NCBI GenBank assembly: GCA_045863335.1
Contig: BTVY01000056.1
Span: 1-37,330, forward strand
Reading direction: 5' to 3'
Origin: Candidatus Hydrogenedentota bacterium
GTDB taxonomy: Bacteria > Hydrogenedentota > Hydrogenedentia > Hydrogenedentales > SLHB01
Length of the DNA: 37,330 bases
In this document: positions 16,849 to 26,073 of the stretch, piece by piece
Numbering within the stretch: position 1 is the stretch's first letter
How the letters are laid out: every line of letters begins with the position of its first letter
Translations under genes and position numbers: made by a program
Notes under the pieces: generated by a model
Database searches by the model: none
Seen by the model: only the letters and a program-made list of their open reading frames with translations
Told to the model about the DNA's origin: nothing

Positions 16849-18180
16849 TTACAGCAGACCGCGTTGGACCATGGTGTTGTAGACGCGTTCGAGGGCGACG
16901 TCGGTGCTGGCCTGAAGCATGGTGCGGCCTTTCTTGAGGTGGGGTCGCATCGTTTCGTACATCTGATCGAAGCGGTCGCGAATCTCGGCGAGGGTCATTT
17001 CACAGGTGTACTTGGCGCCGCCAAGGTCTTGCCGGTATTCGATGTTGGAAGCGATAACGCCGCCGGCATTGGCGTAGGTGTCGGGGATGATCTCGATGCC
17101 GCGCTGTTCGAGGATGGCCATGCCGTCGGCGGTGACGGGCATGTTGGCGGCTTCGACCACGACGGAAGCGCGGACGGATCTGGCGTTGGCTTTGTGGATG
17201 ACGTGGCCGCTGGCGGCGGGCACGAGGTAATCGCATTTCATTTTGAAGAGGGCCTCGTTGGTGAGCTTGCGCTTGGAGAAGCCGTCGATCGCGCCCGTCC
17301 GGTGGCAGTGGCCGGCGAGGCTGGCGATATCGATCCCATCGGGATCCTGCACGCCGCTGGTGAGATCGGTGACGCCGATGATGCGCGCGCCGTCCTGGTG
17401 CAGGTAGCGGGCCGCGTGGGAGCCGACTTTGCCGAAGCCCTGGAAGGCGATGGTGGCATCTTCGGGAGCGAGCCCGCGGCGTTCCATGTCCTTCCGGATC
17501 GCGTAATACACGCCGTAACCGGTGGACTCGGCGCGGCCCGGCAGCCAGCCCTCGATGCCGTCGGGCTTGCCGGTGACGGAAGCGGGATCGCGGGTGACAT
17601 TGTAGACGCGGACCATTTCCGCGCCGCTGGTGCCCATGTCGGGCGCGGGGATGTACTCGTGGTGCGCGAACATTGAAGCGAAGTGATCCGTGAACTCGTC
17701 GATGATGTCGATCTTGGCGAGGCGCTCGAACTCGCGATAGGGACCAGAAAAGCGTTTGAGTTTGACCATGTTCTTATAGAGCGCCGGCAAATCGACGCTG
17801 ATGCCGGATTTCCCGCCGCCGAGTTCGATGTCCGCGAGGGCGGTCTTGAGGGTCATGAGCCGGGCGAGTTCGGTGGTTTCCCAGAGGTCCACGTCAGGGG
17901 CGAGCCGAATTCCGCCTTTGTAAGGGCCGCGCGCACGATTGTGGAGCACGATGCCGGAGATGACATTGACGACGACGCCGAGGATTGGCACGGGCAGGCG
18001 TTGAATGTGCACCGCGTAGGGCTTGACGATCTCTTGGACCGCTTCCGGCGTAATGCGAAGACGCTTCGCGCTGTCGTGCAGGAGGACCGCGGAGCGCGTT
18101 TGCGGCTCACGGCTTCGCACGTAGTCTTCGAGCTTGTTGCCGATTCTCACGAACTGGTCTCCACCATTGCCTTGGTCCAT
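16849..18180 (-). CDS. Glu/Leu/Phe/Val dehydrogenase family protein
   Basis: HN.ARGPYKGGIR, MTLK.A, GGGK, IPAPDMGT, VTGKP, GR.ESTGYG, Rossmann QGFGKVG, VVEAAN.P and PD..ANAGGV. Confidence 0.92.
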   Translation of the reverse strand: MDQGNGGDQFVRIGNKLEDYVRSREPQTRSAVLLHDSAKRLRITPEAVQEIVKPYAVHIQRLPVPILGVVVNVISGIVLHNRARGPYKGGIRLAPDVDLWETTELARLMTLKTALADIELGGGKSGISVDLPALYKNMVKLKRFSGPYREFERLAKIDIIDEFTDHFASMFAHHEYIPAPDMGTSGAEMVRVYNVTRDPASVTGKPDGIEGWLPGRAESTGYGVYYAIRKDMERRGLAPEDATIAFQGFGKVGSHAARYLHQDGARIIGVTDLTSGVQDPDGIDIASLAGHCHRTGAIDGFSKRKLTNEALFKMKCDYLVPAASGHVIHKANARSVRASVVVEAANMPVTADGMAILEQRGIEIIPDTYANAGGVIASNIEYRQDLGGAKYTCEMTLAEIRDRFDQMYETMRPHLKKGRTMLQASTDVALERVYNTMVQRGLL

Positions 18181-18225
18181 GCGAAGTCCATAGGCCTCGC
18201 ACCCGATTCCAAGTGAGATTTGCGA

Positions 18226-19041
18226 TTACGGTGAACTTACGGGGGGCGGTGGTACACCCGCATCGCCTGTGGGCGGGCTGGGCTCCTCCGGTGTTGGCTC
18301 GACAGCAGCGGAGCCAGCGGATTCGTTGTTCGGGGCGTCGCCGTTTTGACCTTCGGCTTCCGCAGAGGCGGCAGACTTGGTGGTAAGCACAATGGTGTCG
18401 TTCTCGAAAACCATGATGATTTCCGGGAAATCGACAAACAGTGCCTTACGCAAGAGCGTTCCCAAAGTCATCCCGGGTTCGGATGAAACGGTCCACGCCC
18501 GGGCTGAGGGCGAAATCGTCTGCGCGATTGACGGGTTCAGAATCAAAGAACCTTCCACGCGAGCTCCGATATCGTTGAGCACTTGGATGAGGTCTGCGTT
18601 GTTATAGGCAAAGGGCGGATCGGAGATATCGGATTCGAGAACGGCTTCAAGCTGATCGGAAAGTCGCTGGCCGGGGATCATCGTGGGTTTGCGCGGACCC
18701 GTCCTGGGGTCGTAGTCGTCGTACTCCACGGAAACAACCTGACGGCGGGGGATGTCCAGCGTGACGGTGTCGGTAATCTGCAGCACGTAGAGGGCGGAGT
18801 TTTCGCGCAGGATCTGAAGCCCTTCGATGACTTGTCCCGATTTCAGCGTCAGGACATCTCCCCGGGGCGCTGCGGACTCGGGATCCGGTTCCAGCGTAAC
18901 GATTTCCGAAGGCCCCTCGCTATCGGGGACCGAGGTTCCGGTGGATGCATCCGGTTCCTCAGGGGTGGAGGGAGCCTCTTGGGCGGAAAGGCAACACGTG
19001 GCGACAAAGAACACGGTGGGCGCGACGAGGCGGAACTTCAT
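18226..19041 (-). CDS. Secreted hypothetical protein with low-complexity Pro/Glu-rich termini
   Basis: GGAG SD; signal MKFRLVAPTVFFVATCCLSA; DVLTLKSGQVIEG small beta-domain motif. Confidence 0.65.
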   Translation of the reverse strand: MKFRLVAPTVFFVATCCLSAQEAPSTPEEPDASTGTSVPDSEGPSEIVTLEPDPESAAPRGDVLTLKSGQVIEGLQILRENSALYVLQITDTVTLDIPRRQVVSVEYDDYDPRTGPRKPTMIPGQRLSDQLEAVLESDISDPPFAYNNADLIQVLNDIGARVEGSLILNPSIAQTISPSARAWTVSSEPGMTLGTLLRKALFVDFPEIIMVFENDTIVLTTKSAASAEAEGQNGDAPNNESAGSAAVEPTPEEPSPPTGDAGVPPPPVSSP

Positions 19042-19222
19042 GGCTCGTTCTCCATCAGTCATCCGGCCCTGCCGGCACTCCGAGCACGAGACACGCGTCG
19101 CGACACCCGGTCATGCGCACTGCGAGAGCCCCAATAAGTCCTCGGCAGTGATTCTAGGAAGCGAATCGCAATAAGTCAAGGTATTCGCGCGACATAAGAC
19201 GTGGCAGGGCTTTGATGGTATA

Positions 19223-19627
19223 ATGGCTGAAATCAACTCGGAGGGCGAATCGGTGGCGCGGATTCTGGTGGCGGACGACGATACGGCTTCATTGGACGTG
19301 ATGGCGCTTGCACTCACTGCCGAGGGGCATGAAGTCAGTTGCGCGACGAATGGTCAGGAGGCGTATGAGCTGACCCTTCACGATAAGCCGGATCTGGTCT
19401 TTCTCGATATCATGATGCCGGTATACAGTGGATATGAAACGTGCGAACTGCTGCGGAACGATCCCGAAGTTCCCAGTGAATTGCCCATCGTTTTCCTGAC
19501 ATCCTTGGAACCGGACACGCGGATGCTGGAAAGGGTTGGCGCTTCCGACCACCTACCCAAACGGCACATGGTCGTCGAACTCCGGGAGTTGCTGGCGCGG
19601 CATCTTGGCGCTGACGCCAACCCGTAG
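19223..19627 (+). CDS. Single-domain response regulator (CheY-like receiver)
   Basis: ILVADDD, PDLVFLDIMMP..SGYE.C..LR, PIVFLT and GA.D.L.K. Confidence 0.88.
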   Translation: MAEINSEGESVARILVADDDTASLDVMALALTAEGHEVSCATNGQEAYELTLHDKPDLVFLDIMMPVYSGYETCELLRNDPEVPSELPIVFLTSLEPDTRMLERVGASDHLPKRHMVVELRELLARHLGADANP

Positions 19628-20166
19628 AATCGTTAATTAAGCGACGAAACTATGCGTTGCTCTGCAATTGGGATCGTCGCGCATTCCCTCCCTCCGTTCT
19701 TGATCGGGCTGCCACGACCATGGTCGAGTCCGGAAATCCGCGCTCTTCTTGGAAAAACTGCGGACCGAAGTATAGCTTCGAGGCCCGTGGAATCCATAGT
19801 ATTCACCAAATCTCGCCTCTCGGTTTCCCAGCGGTGGGCGTCATCGTTACCGGCTGGTATTCCAGTATTCTGAGTACAAGATCGTACTGCGCAGAATTGC
19901 TCATCTCCCGCCATGACATACGGGGCGTGCGGACTCGAGATTTCAGGTTAGGTCACTCAGCAAGGTTACTTCTGTGTCGAATGCTTTGATAAATCAGGCA
20001 AGTAAAATACACTTACAATTTTCATTAACTGTTCACTTGAAATGCCTTATATCAATTCTTGAGTAAATTTTGCATTACTTAATCGACGGCCCACACTCGC
20101 CTTCTCAATCGCAATACTAATCTTCGTCTAGTGCTAATATCAATAATATATGTGCAATCGTGAATA

Positions 20167-20184
20167 TTGGCACATTTAATGCAT
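20167..20184 (+). promoter_or_regulatory. sigma54 (RpoN) -24/-12 promoter
   Basis: TTGGCACATTTAATGCAT has exact GG-N10-GC spacing with a TGGCAC -24 box. It lies ~63 nt before the ATG at 20247, in an AT-rich patch. Confidence 0.75.
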
Positions 20185-20246
20185 AATCACCCTGCAGCAT
20201 TAGCTATTGGCTTTATCCTGTGAAGTTGCATTGAGAGGCGGGACCC

Positions 20247-21158
20247 ATGGACAGACGTACTTTTCTGGGTGTTACGGGAGCTGGGGTCGTCGGCGGTCTC
20301 CTGATGCCTGAAACCGCGAGTGCGAGCGAGGCGGTCTCGCTCGACGGCATGGGCATGTTAGTCGACACGACCGAGTGCATCGGTTGCCGTAAGTGCGAGT
20401 TTGCATGCGCACAAGAACACGAACTGACGGACTTTCCGGTCGAGGCATACGAGGACGAAACCGTTTTTGAGTCGCCTCGCCGAATGACAGCGGACGCGTT
20501 CACGGTAGTCAACCGTTATGACAATCCCACGGATCCGGAAAAGCCGACCCACGTTAAGTCGCAGTGCATGCACTGTCTGGACCCGGCCTGCGCGTCAGCT
20601 TGTCTCGTGGGAGCGCTACGCCGGGAAGAAAATGGCGCGGTATCCTATGACGCCGGCAAGTGCATGGGCTGCCGCTACTGCATGGTGGCGTGCCCGTTCC
20701 AGGTTCCGGCGTATGAGTACGACAACGCGTTGACACCCAAGGTGCAGAAGTGCTCGTTCTGCTTCGAGCGCGTCGCGAGCGAGGGGAAGATTCCGGCGTG
20801 TGCGGAGATGTGCCCGCCTATGTGCCTGACATTCGGGAAACGCTCGGAATTGCTGCAGATCGCCCGGGAAAAGATCGCGGCCGACCCCGAGCGCTACGAG
20901 GACCACATCTACGGCGAACACGAGGTGGGTGGAACGTCGTGGCTCTATCTGGCGGGACGTCCCTTTCAGGAGCTGGGCTTCCTCGAACTCGGAACGGCGG
21001 CACCACCGCGGCTCAGCGAGACGATCCAGCACAGCATATTCAAATTTGGCGCCATCCCTGCGATGCTGTTCGGTTTGCTTGGCGCCACCATGTGGAGCCT
21101 CGGTAGCGAACGCGAACTGGCCATGGAATCGGCGGAAGAAAGTGACGACCTATCATGA
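20247..21158 (+). CDS. hybA: Tat-exported 4x[4Fe-4S] ferredoxin subunit (HybA/HmcB-like) with C-terminal TM helix
   Basis: MDRRTFLG Tat motif. Cys groups CIGCRKCEFAC, CMHCLDPACASAC, CMGCRYCMVACP and CSFC...CAEMCP. YGEHEVGGTSWLYL. The symbol denotes family only. Confidence 0.9.
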   Translation: MDRRTFLGVTGAGVVGGLLMPETASASEAVSLDGMGMLVDTTECIGCRKCEFACAQEHELTDFPVEAYEDETVFESPRRMTADAFTVVNRYDNPTDPEKPTHVKSQCMHCLDPACASACLVGALRREENGAVSYDAGKCMGCRYCMVACPFQVPAYEYDNALTPKVQKCSFCFERVASEGKIPACAEMCPPMCLTFGKRSELLQIAREKIAADPERYEDHIYGEHEVGGTSWLYLAGRPFQELGFLELGTAAPPRLSETIQHSIFKFGAIPAMLFGLLGATMWSLGSERELAMESAEESDDLS

Positions 21159-22393
21159 GCGCACACGTTTACTCCGAACCCGTAAACAAGCGTTTTCTGA
21201 CGCCTGGGGTCATGGTGCTGATGGGCCTGGTCGCGGTGGGATTCGGACTTGCCGTGTACCGATTCGTTTTTGGTCTGGAGGCCGTGAGCAATCTCAACGA
21301 TCAGTATCCTTGGGGGATTTGGATCGCGATCGACGTTGCCACCGGCGTGGCTCTGGCGGCCGGCGGGTTCACCACGGCGGCATTGACGCACATTTTTCAC
21401 CGGTACCGCTACGAAGCGGTCATGCGGCCCGCGCTGCTCACGGCGATGCTGGGCTATACGTTCGTGGCCCTTGGGCTGATGGTCGATCTGGGCCGGTACT
21501 ACAACATTTGGCACCCCATGATGCCGTCCATGTGGCAGGGCAACTCGGTGCTCTTCGAAGTGGCCATGTGCGTCATGGCCTACATCACCGTGCTCTACAT
21601 TGAGTTCATGCCGGTGGTGTGCGAGCGGTTCGTTGGCAAGGTCCATCTGCCCGGCAGGCTCGCGCCGTTCAACCGGAAGGTGGACCGGCTGCTGCGGAGA
21701 CTCCAGGGCACCCTGTCGCGCGTAATGTTCGCGTTCATCATCGCGGGCGTGGTGTTGTCCTGCATGCACCAATCCTCCCTGGGGGCGCTGATGCTGATCG
21801 CGCCGTACAAGATGCATGAACTCTGGTACACGCCGATACTGCCGCTGCTCTTCCTGATGTCCGCAATTTCTGTGGGGTATCCCATGGTGGTGTTCGAGTC
21901 AATGGTGTCGTCGTGGGCTTTTGAACGCAAGCCCGAAATGAATGTGCTAACGCCGCTCAGCAAGATCATTCCCATCTTTCTCGGCGTGTACGCCATGACA
22001 AAGGTTGGCGATCTCATCATGCGCGACGCGCTGCCGCTTGCCTTTGAAGGCACGCTCGCGTCGAACATGTTTCTGGCGGAAATGGGGTTCGGTGTGCTAC
22101 TTCCGCTGGCCCTCTTGCTGACGCCGCGCGTTCGCCGTTCGCCGCGGCTGCTCTTCGCGGCTGCGTCGCTCATCGTGCTGGGCGTGGCCTTCAATCGCAT
22201 CAATGTGTATCTCGTGGCGTATAGGCCTCCGTTTGCGGATTCGATGTACGTGCCAACGATCGCTGAAGTTTTGATTACGGTGGGACTGATTTCGACGCTC
22301 ATCCTGGTCTACCGCGCTCTGGTAACGATCTTTCCCGTCCTTCCCAGTGAATCGCACGCCGGGACAACGGCAGACTCCAGAACGGCCGCATAG
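21155..22393 (+). CDS. hybB: NrfD/PsrC-family integral membrane subunit (HybB/HmcC-like)
   Basis: GL..VSNLND.YPWG.WI..DV..GVALAAGG, RPALLTA.LGY, DLGR..NIW, SVLFEVA.C, LS..HQSSLG.L and NR.NVY. ATGA coupling to the upstream gene. Confidence 0.9.
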   Translation: MSAHVYSEPVNKRFLTPGVMVLMGLVAVGFGLAVYRFVFGLEAVSNLNDQYPWGIWIAIDVATGVALAAGGFTTAALTHIFHRYRYEAVMRPALLTAMLGYTFVALGLMVDLGRYYNIWHPMMPSMWQGNSVLFEVAMCVMAYITVLYIEFMPVVCERFVGKVHLPGRLAPFNRKVDRLLRRLQGTLSRVMFAFIIAGVVLSCMHQSSLGALMLIAPYKMHELWYTPILPLLFLMSAISVGYPMVVFESMVSSWAFERKPEMNVLTPLSKIIPIFLGVYAMTKVGDLIMRDALPLAFEGTLASNMFLAEMGFGVLLPLALLLTPRVRRSPRLLFAAASLIVLGVAFNRINVYLVAYRPPFADSMYVPTIAEVLITVGLISTLILVYRALVTIFPVLPSESHAGTTADSRTAA

Positions 22394-22395
22394 GA

Positions 22396-23541
22396 ATGTT
22401 CGATATGAGATCAATAGCATTGCCACTTCTTTGCACCTTGATTGTCGCGTGGGCGGCAGCAGATGACGGCGGAGCGCCGCCGGTCACGGCACATTCGGCG
22501 GAAGCGCTCGCGCAGGACTGCAGGGTGTGCCACACGGTCCCAGAGCCGACCACGACGAATGCGCAACTGCTCCCGTGCCCCCGGACGGAAGCGGCGTCGA
22601 GCGAGCACGACGAATCCGAAGCGCCGGACGTGTTCATCCTGGGCAAGCTTTCCGAGATCTATGTGCCCGTCGTATTTCCGCATAAGCTGCACGCATCCAT
22701 GACGGAAATGGGACAGGGGTGCAGCGTGTGCCACCACCGGAACCCGCCGGGGAAGATTCTCGCTTGCGACGAGTGCCACGGGGGGCCGTCGAATCCGGAG
22801 AACTTGCGCCAGCCCGGGTTAAAGGGGGCGTATCATCGGCAGTGCTTGAGCTGTCACCGTGAATGGACTCATGAGACGGACTGCGTCATTTGCCATGCGC
22901 GCAAAGATCCGAACGTCGAATTTGTACCGCCGACGAGCGAGACGGACATTATGGGGATGCTTCACCCGAATATCGAAGCGCCGGATGTGAAGGTGTACAT
23001 GGCGGAAGACCTGCCCGACACGCCCTACACCACCTTCCATCACAAAGAGCATGTGGAGCTATTCGGCCTGCAGTGCGTGGATTGCCATCGGGAAGAAAGC
23101 TGCAGCAACTGTCACGATAGCATAGCCAAACCGGCGCGGGTACGGGAGGATCCCCACCAGGACTGCTCCCGCTGCCACCAGGAAGAGGTGGATTCGGATT
23201 GCACCTTCTGTCACTCGGAGGCTCCACGTGGTCCGTTCAATCACGCCGCGCGAACCGGCTTCGATCTCGCCGCGTTCCACGCGGAGGTTGCCTGCCGCGC
23301 ATGCCACGAAGGCGAAACGCGTTTCGCGGCGTTGGAGGCGGACTGCGCGTCCTGCCACGGGACGGACTGGACGCCGGCGGATTTCGACCATGCGAAGACC
23401 GGTGTGGCGCTCGACGAGACGCACCTGATGGTTGACTGCGCGGGATGTCATACCGATGGAATCGGCGAACCGGTGTCATGCGTCATCTGCCACGACGACG
23501 GGCGCACGACATTCGGATCGGCGGATGAAATCGGAGGCTGA
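22396..23541 (+). CDS. Periplasmic multiheme cytochrome c (13 CxxCH), cytochrome c3/HmcA-like
   Basis: CxxCH motifs: CRVCH, CSVCH, CDECH, CLSCH, CVICH, CVDCH, CSNCH, CSRCH, CTFCH, CRACH, CASCH, CAGCH, CVICH. c3-type PV.FPH..H and LKGAYH..C motifs; Sec signal. Confidence 0.92.
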   Translation: MFDMRSIALPLLCTLIVAWAAADDGGAPPVTAHSAEALAQDCRVCHTVPEPTTTNAQLLPCPRTEAASSEHDESEAPDVFILGKLSEIYVPVVFPHKLHASMTEMGQGCSVCHHRNPPGKILACDECHGGPSNPENLRQPGLKGAYHRQCLSCHREWTHETDCVICHARKDPNVEFVPPTSETDIMGMLHPNIEAPDVKVYMAEDLPDTPYTTFHHKEHVELFGLQCVDCHREESCSNCHDSIAKPARVREDPHQDCSRCHQEEVDSDCTFCHSEAPRGPFNHAARTGFDLAAFHAEVACRACHEGETRFAALEADCASCHGTDWTPADFDHAKTGVALDETHLMVDCAGCHTDGIGEPVSCVICHDDGRTTFGSADEIGG

Positions 23542-23657
23542 CCCCCCACTTGATGATAGGCTGTATCTCCGGTCCTGCGTTCAGCAACCCGGCCACGGCG
23601 CGATGTCCTCGCCGATCCGGCAGGGATTGCGGGAGGGGGGTCCATCACGCAGTTCGA

Positions 23658-24725
23658 TTACTGTGACTTGATGGCGACTTCCCGGTTGCGTTTGGACGAT
23701 TCGTAGATGGCGTCGATAATTTGCTGGATGCGAAGGGATTCAATAGGCTGCACGCGCACCGGCAGTTTCCGTTCGATGCACTCCGTGAAATGGCGCACTT
23801 CCATACGGTGCCCTTCCTGTTCGGGCAGCCAGTCGAACTTGGTAGACGTCAGCGAGCGGCCCTCGTAACCGTACAGGCCCAGCGGATGGGTCGCGATTCC
23901 AGCTTTGTCGCCGAGGATGGAGAGGCCGCTTCGCTCTTCCGGAATGTTCGCCGCCCAGGACACGTCGAGCGTCAGCGTAATGTCGTTCTCAAATCGGATG
24001 TACGCGGAAGCGTAATCCTCCACATCGAACTCGGAGGGCGGATAGGTCTCTCCCCATTCACCGTTGCACAGGTCCTCCCGGTCGCCGAACATGCGGTAAA
24101 CCTTTCCGGATGCGGCGACGGGGCGCGGGCATCCCATAAGCCAGATCACGAGATCGAGCATGTGTACCCCGATGTCGATGAGTGGCCCGCCCAGCGACTC
24201 TTTGCGGATGTGGAACTTTCCCCAACCGGGAATCCCGCGACGGCGCAGCCAGGTGGCGTTGGCGGAATAGATCTGGCCGAGCTTTCCGGATTCGACCACC
24301 TCCTTCAGTTTCTCGCTTGCCGCTTCGAATCGCATGTGCTGGCCCACCATGAGTTTCTTCTTGGCAGTCGCGGCGGCTTTGATCATGGCGCGGCACTCGG
24401 CCGCGTTCATCGCCATGGGTTTCTCGACGAGCACGTTGGCGCCGGCCTTGAGCGCGGCGATGGTAATGGGGGCGTGATGGCGGTTCTGGGTGTATACGCC
24501 GATGATGTCGTAGCGCCCTTCCCGAAGCATGCGTTTGTAGTCGGTATAGACGAGGCGCGCGCCGTACTTGCCGGCCTTTTCCTCCGCGCGGTCCTTGATG
24601 ATGTCGCACACGCCAATAAGCTCGACCCGCCCCTCGGCTTCGAGTTCATTCCAGTACGGCAGATGGTAGCGTTCCGATGCGTCTCCGGCGCCAATGATTC
24701 CCACTTTCAACTTCATACGGCTCAT
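23658..24725 (-). CDS. Gfo/Idh/MocA family oxidoreductase
   Basis: VGIIGAG, VLVEKPMA, RRRGIPGWG.F, GGPLIDIGVH.LD, DVED.A.A.IRF and IIDAIYES. Confidence 0.93.
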   Translation of the reverse strand: MSRMKLKVGIIGAGDASERYHLPYWNELEAEGRVELIGVCDIIKDRAEEKAGKYGARLVYTDYKRMLREGRYDIIGVYTQNRHHAPITIAALKAGANVLVEKPMAMNAAECRAMIKAAATAKKKLMVGQHMRFEAASEKLKEVVESGKLGQIYSANATWLRRRGIPGWGKFHIRKESLGGPLIDIGVHMLDLVIWLMGCPRPVAASGKVYRMFGDREDLCNGEWGETYPPSEFDVEDYASAYIRFENDITLTLDVSWAANIPEERSGLSILGDKAGIATHPLGLYGYEGRSLTSTKFDWLPEQEGHRMEVRHFTECIERKLPVRVQPIESLRIQQIIDAIYESSKRNREVAIKSQ

Positions 24726-25552
24726 TCCTGGTCCTCTGGAAAGATGGCTTTCCTGATTCGATCGTCCTGATTCTGGATCCCCCGGTCGAGAGCCGTATCG
24801 CGCGCAGGCAGCGCCAGTTGCGCCACATAGGGCAAATGGTCGGAAGCAATGCGCGTCGACGGCGTGTCGACAAAACGGGATGATACGGTATTCAGCGGCT
24901 CGGAAACCAGCACATAATCGATCCGGCGGCGGCCCGGATCGTTTCCGGAATCGCCACCGGGAAACGTATCCATGAAAGCCCCCAGAAGTACACGCAGGGG
25001 TTTGCTGTCCGGCGTGGCGTTGAGATCGCCGGCGAGTATCGTAGGGACGTCTCTAACTGATTCGATCACGTGCGCGGCCTGTTCGACGCGAGCGGCGGGA
25101 AGTAGATCGAAATGCGTGTTGAGGACGTCAACCCGAAGGCCAATGACCTCGACCGTGGTCCGAAGGCATCCGCGCCGCTCGCCTCCTTCCACGAAGGGGA
25201 TCGTGAAATTCACGTGGTCGACGATGGGCAATTTGGAGTAGGTACAATTTCCGTACTTTCCCCCGTCGTGATCGAGATTGGGACCGAACCGGTAGTCCAT
25301 GTTGAGCCGTTTTCCGAATTCCTCGGGGAGGTCCAGTCCCGAAGTGCGGGCACAACCCTGGTCCACTTCCTGCAAACACACCACGTCAGGTTCCAACGCG
25401 AGAATGATGTCCGCAATCCGATCGAGGTCCAGGGCTCCGTCCGTCCCTTCGCCGTGGTGTATATTGTAGGAAACGACCGTGATGACGGCGTCTCCGGCGA
25501 GCGCGACGGTGGTCCCACACAAGAAGAAAGCAATCAAGACGGTGAGTCTCAT
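24722..25552 (-). CDS. Secreted endonuclease/exonuclease/phosphatase (EEP) family protein
   Basis: SYNIHHG.G.DG, PD.V.LQEVD, YGN, NTH, ILAGDLNA.P, RIDY and ASDHLP; signal peptide. Confidence 0.92.
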   Translation of the reverse strand: MRLTVLIAFFLCGTTVALAGDAVITVVSYNIHHGEGTDGALDLDRIADIILALEPDVVCLQEVDQGCARTSGLDLPEEFGKRLNMDYRFGPNLDHDGGKYGNCTYSKLPIVDHVNFTIPFVEGGERRGCLRTTVEVIGLRVDVLNTHFDLLPAARVEQAAHVIESVRDVPTILAGDLNATPDSKPLRVLLGAFMDTFPGGDSGNDPGRRRIDYVLVSEPLNTVSSRFVDTPSTRIASDHLPYVAQLALPARDTALDRGIQNQDDRIRKAIFPEDQE

Positions 25553-25846
25553 TGGAGGTCCTTTCCGGGTTTCCCGTGGGAACCACAGGATTTCAGGAAG
25601 AGTTTATCAGAAGGCAAGTGGGCGGATCGGAAGTGGCATGAAGACTGGGCCTGAGACTCTTCAAGACATAAGGCTCGGCTGGTAAATAGTTTACACGAGT
25701 GCATTATTCTCGAAAAATCGCCGTCCAGTGATTCCGCCGGTTGCAACGCGATAAGTTGTAACAGACGCTGGTTTTGATGGTACTATGGTTGCCGGGGCAG
25801 GCACAGGATGAGCCGTCCCCGCTGGTGGTTGTATACCAGATATAGA

Positions 25847-25875
25847 TTGCGTTTTGCCGTATGGTGGTGTATACT
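25847..25875 (+). promoter_or_regulatory. sigma70-like promoter for the small peptide gene
   Basis: TTGCGT (25847-25852), 17-nt spacer, TATACT (25870-25875). An imperfect palindrome ATGGTGG...CCGCCAT (25861-25887) overlaps the -10 box. Confidence 0.55.
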
Positions 25876-26073
25876 GTACCCCGCCATCGGAAATCCGGCC
25901 CATCCGGTAGTTGGGGGTAGTATCTTACCGCCGGATGCAGGTAGAATAGGTATCTGGCCCGTTGGACAGCGTCATCCGTCAGAATGTAGGAGGCGTTATC
26001 GCTGGACGGGTTTAGTTGAGTGCAGGACGAATCGATGAACGAGACGTGCACAGAAGAAAAGGAGGTGACGTTA

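Noticed and set aside
19633-19989. Short ORFs (73-110 aa) in the intergenic region
   Set aside because: Overlapping in several frames, with no SD, motifs or codon bias.
19986-19999. FNR box upstream of the redox operon
   Set aside because: TTGAT-AA-ATCAG has a 2-nt spacer instead of 4 and a mismatch.
20247-22393. Calling the locus a hydrogenase-2 (hyb) operon
   Set aside because: No small or large NiFe subunit or maturation genes are present; only the HybA/HybB families are supported.
23542-23657. GC-rich convergent intergenic stretch as an ncRNA
   Set aside because: Only weak C-run/G-run pairing, with no recognisable tRNA, SRP or riboswitch motif.
25633-25650. TGGCATGAAGACTGG as a sigma54 promoter
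   Set aside because: The -12 position reads GG, not GC.
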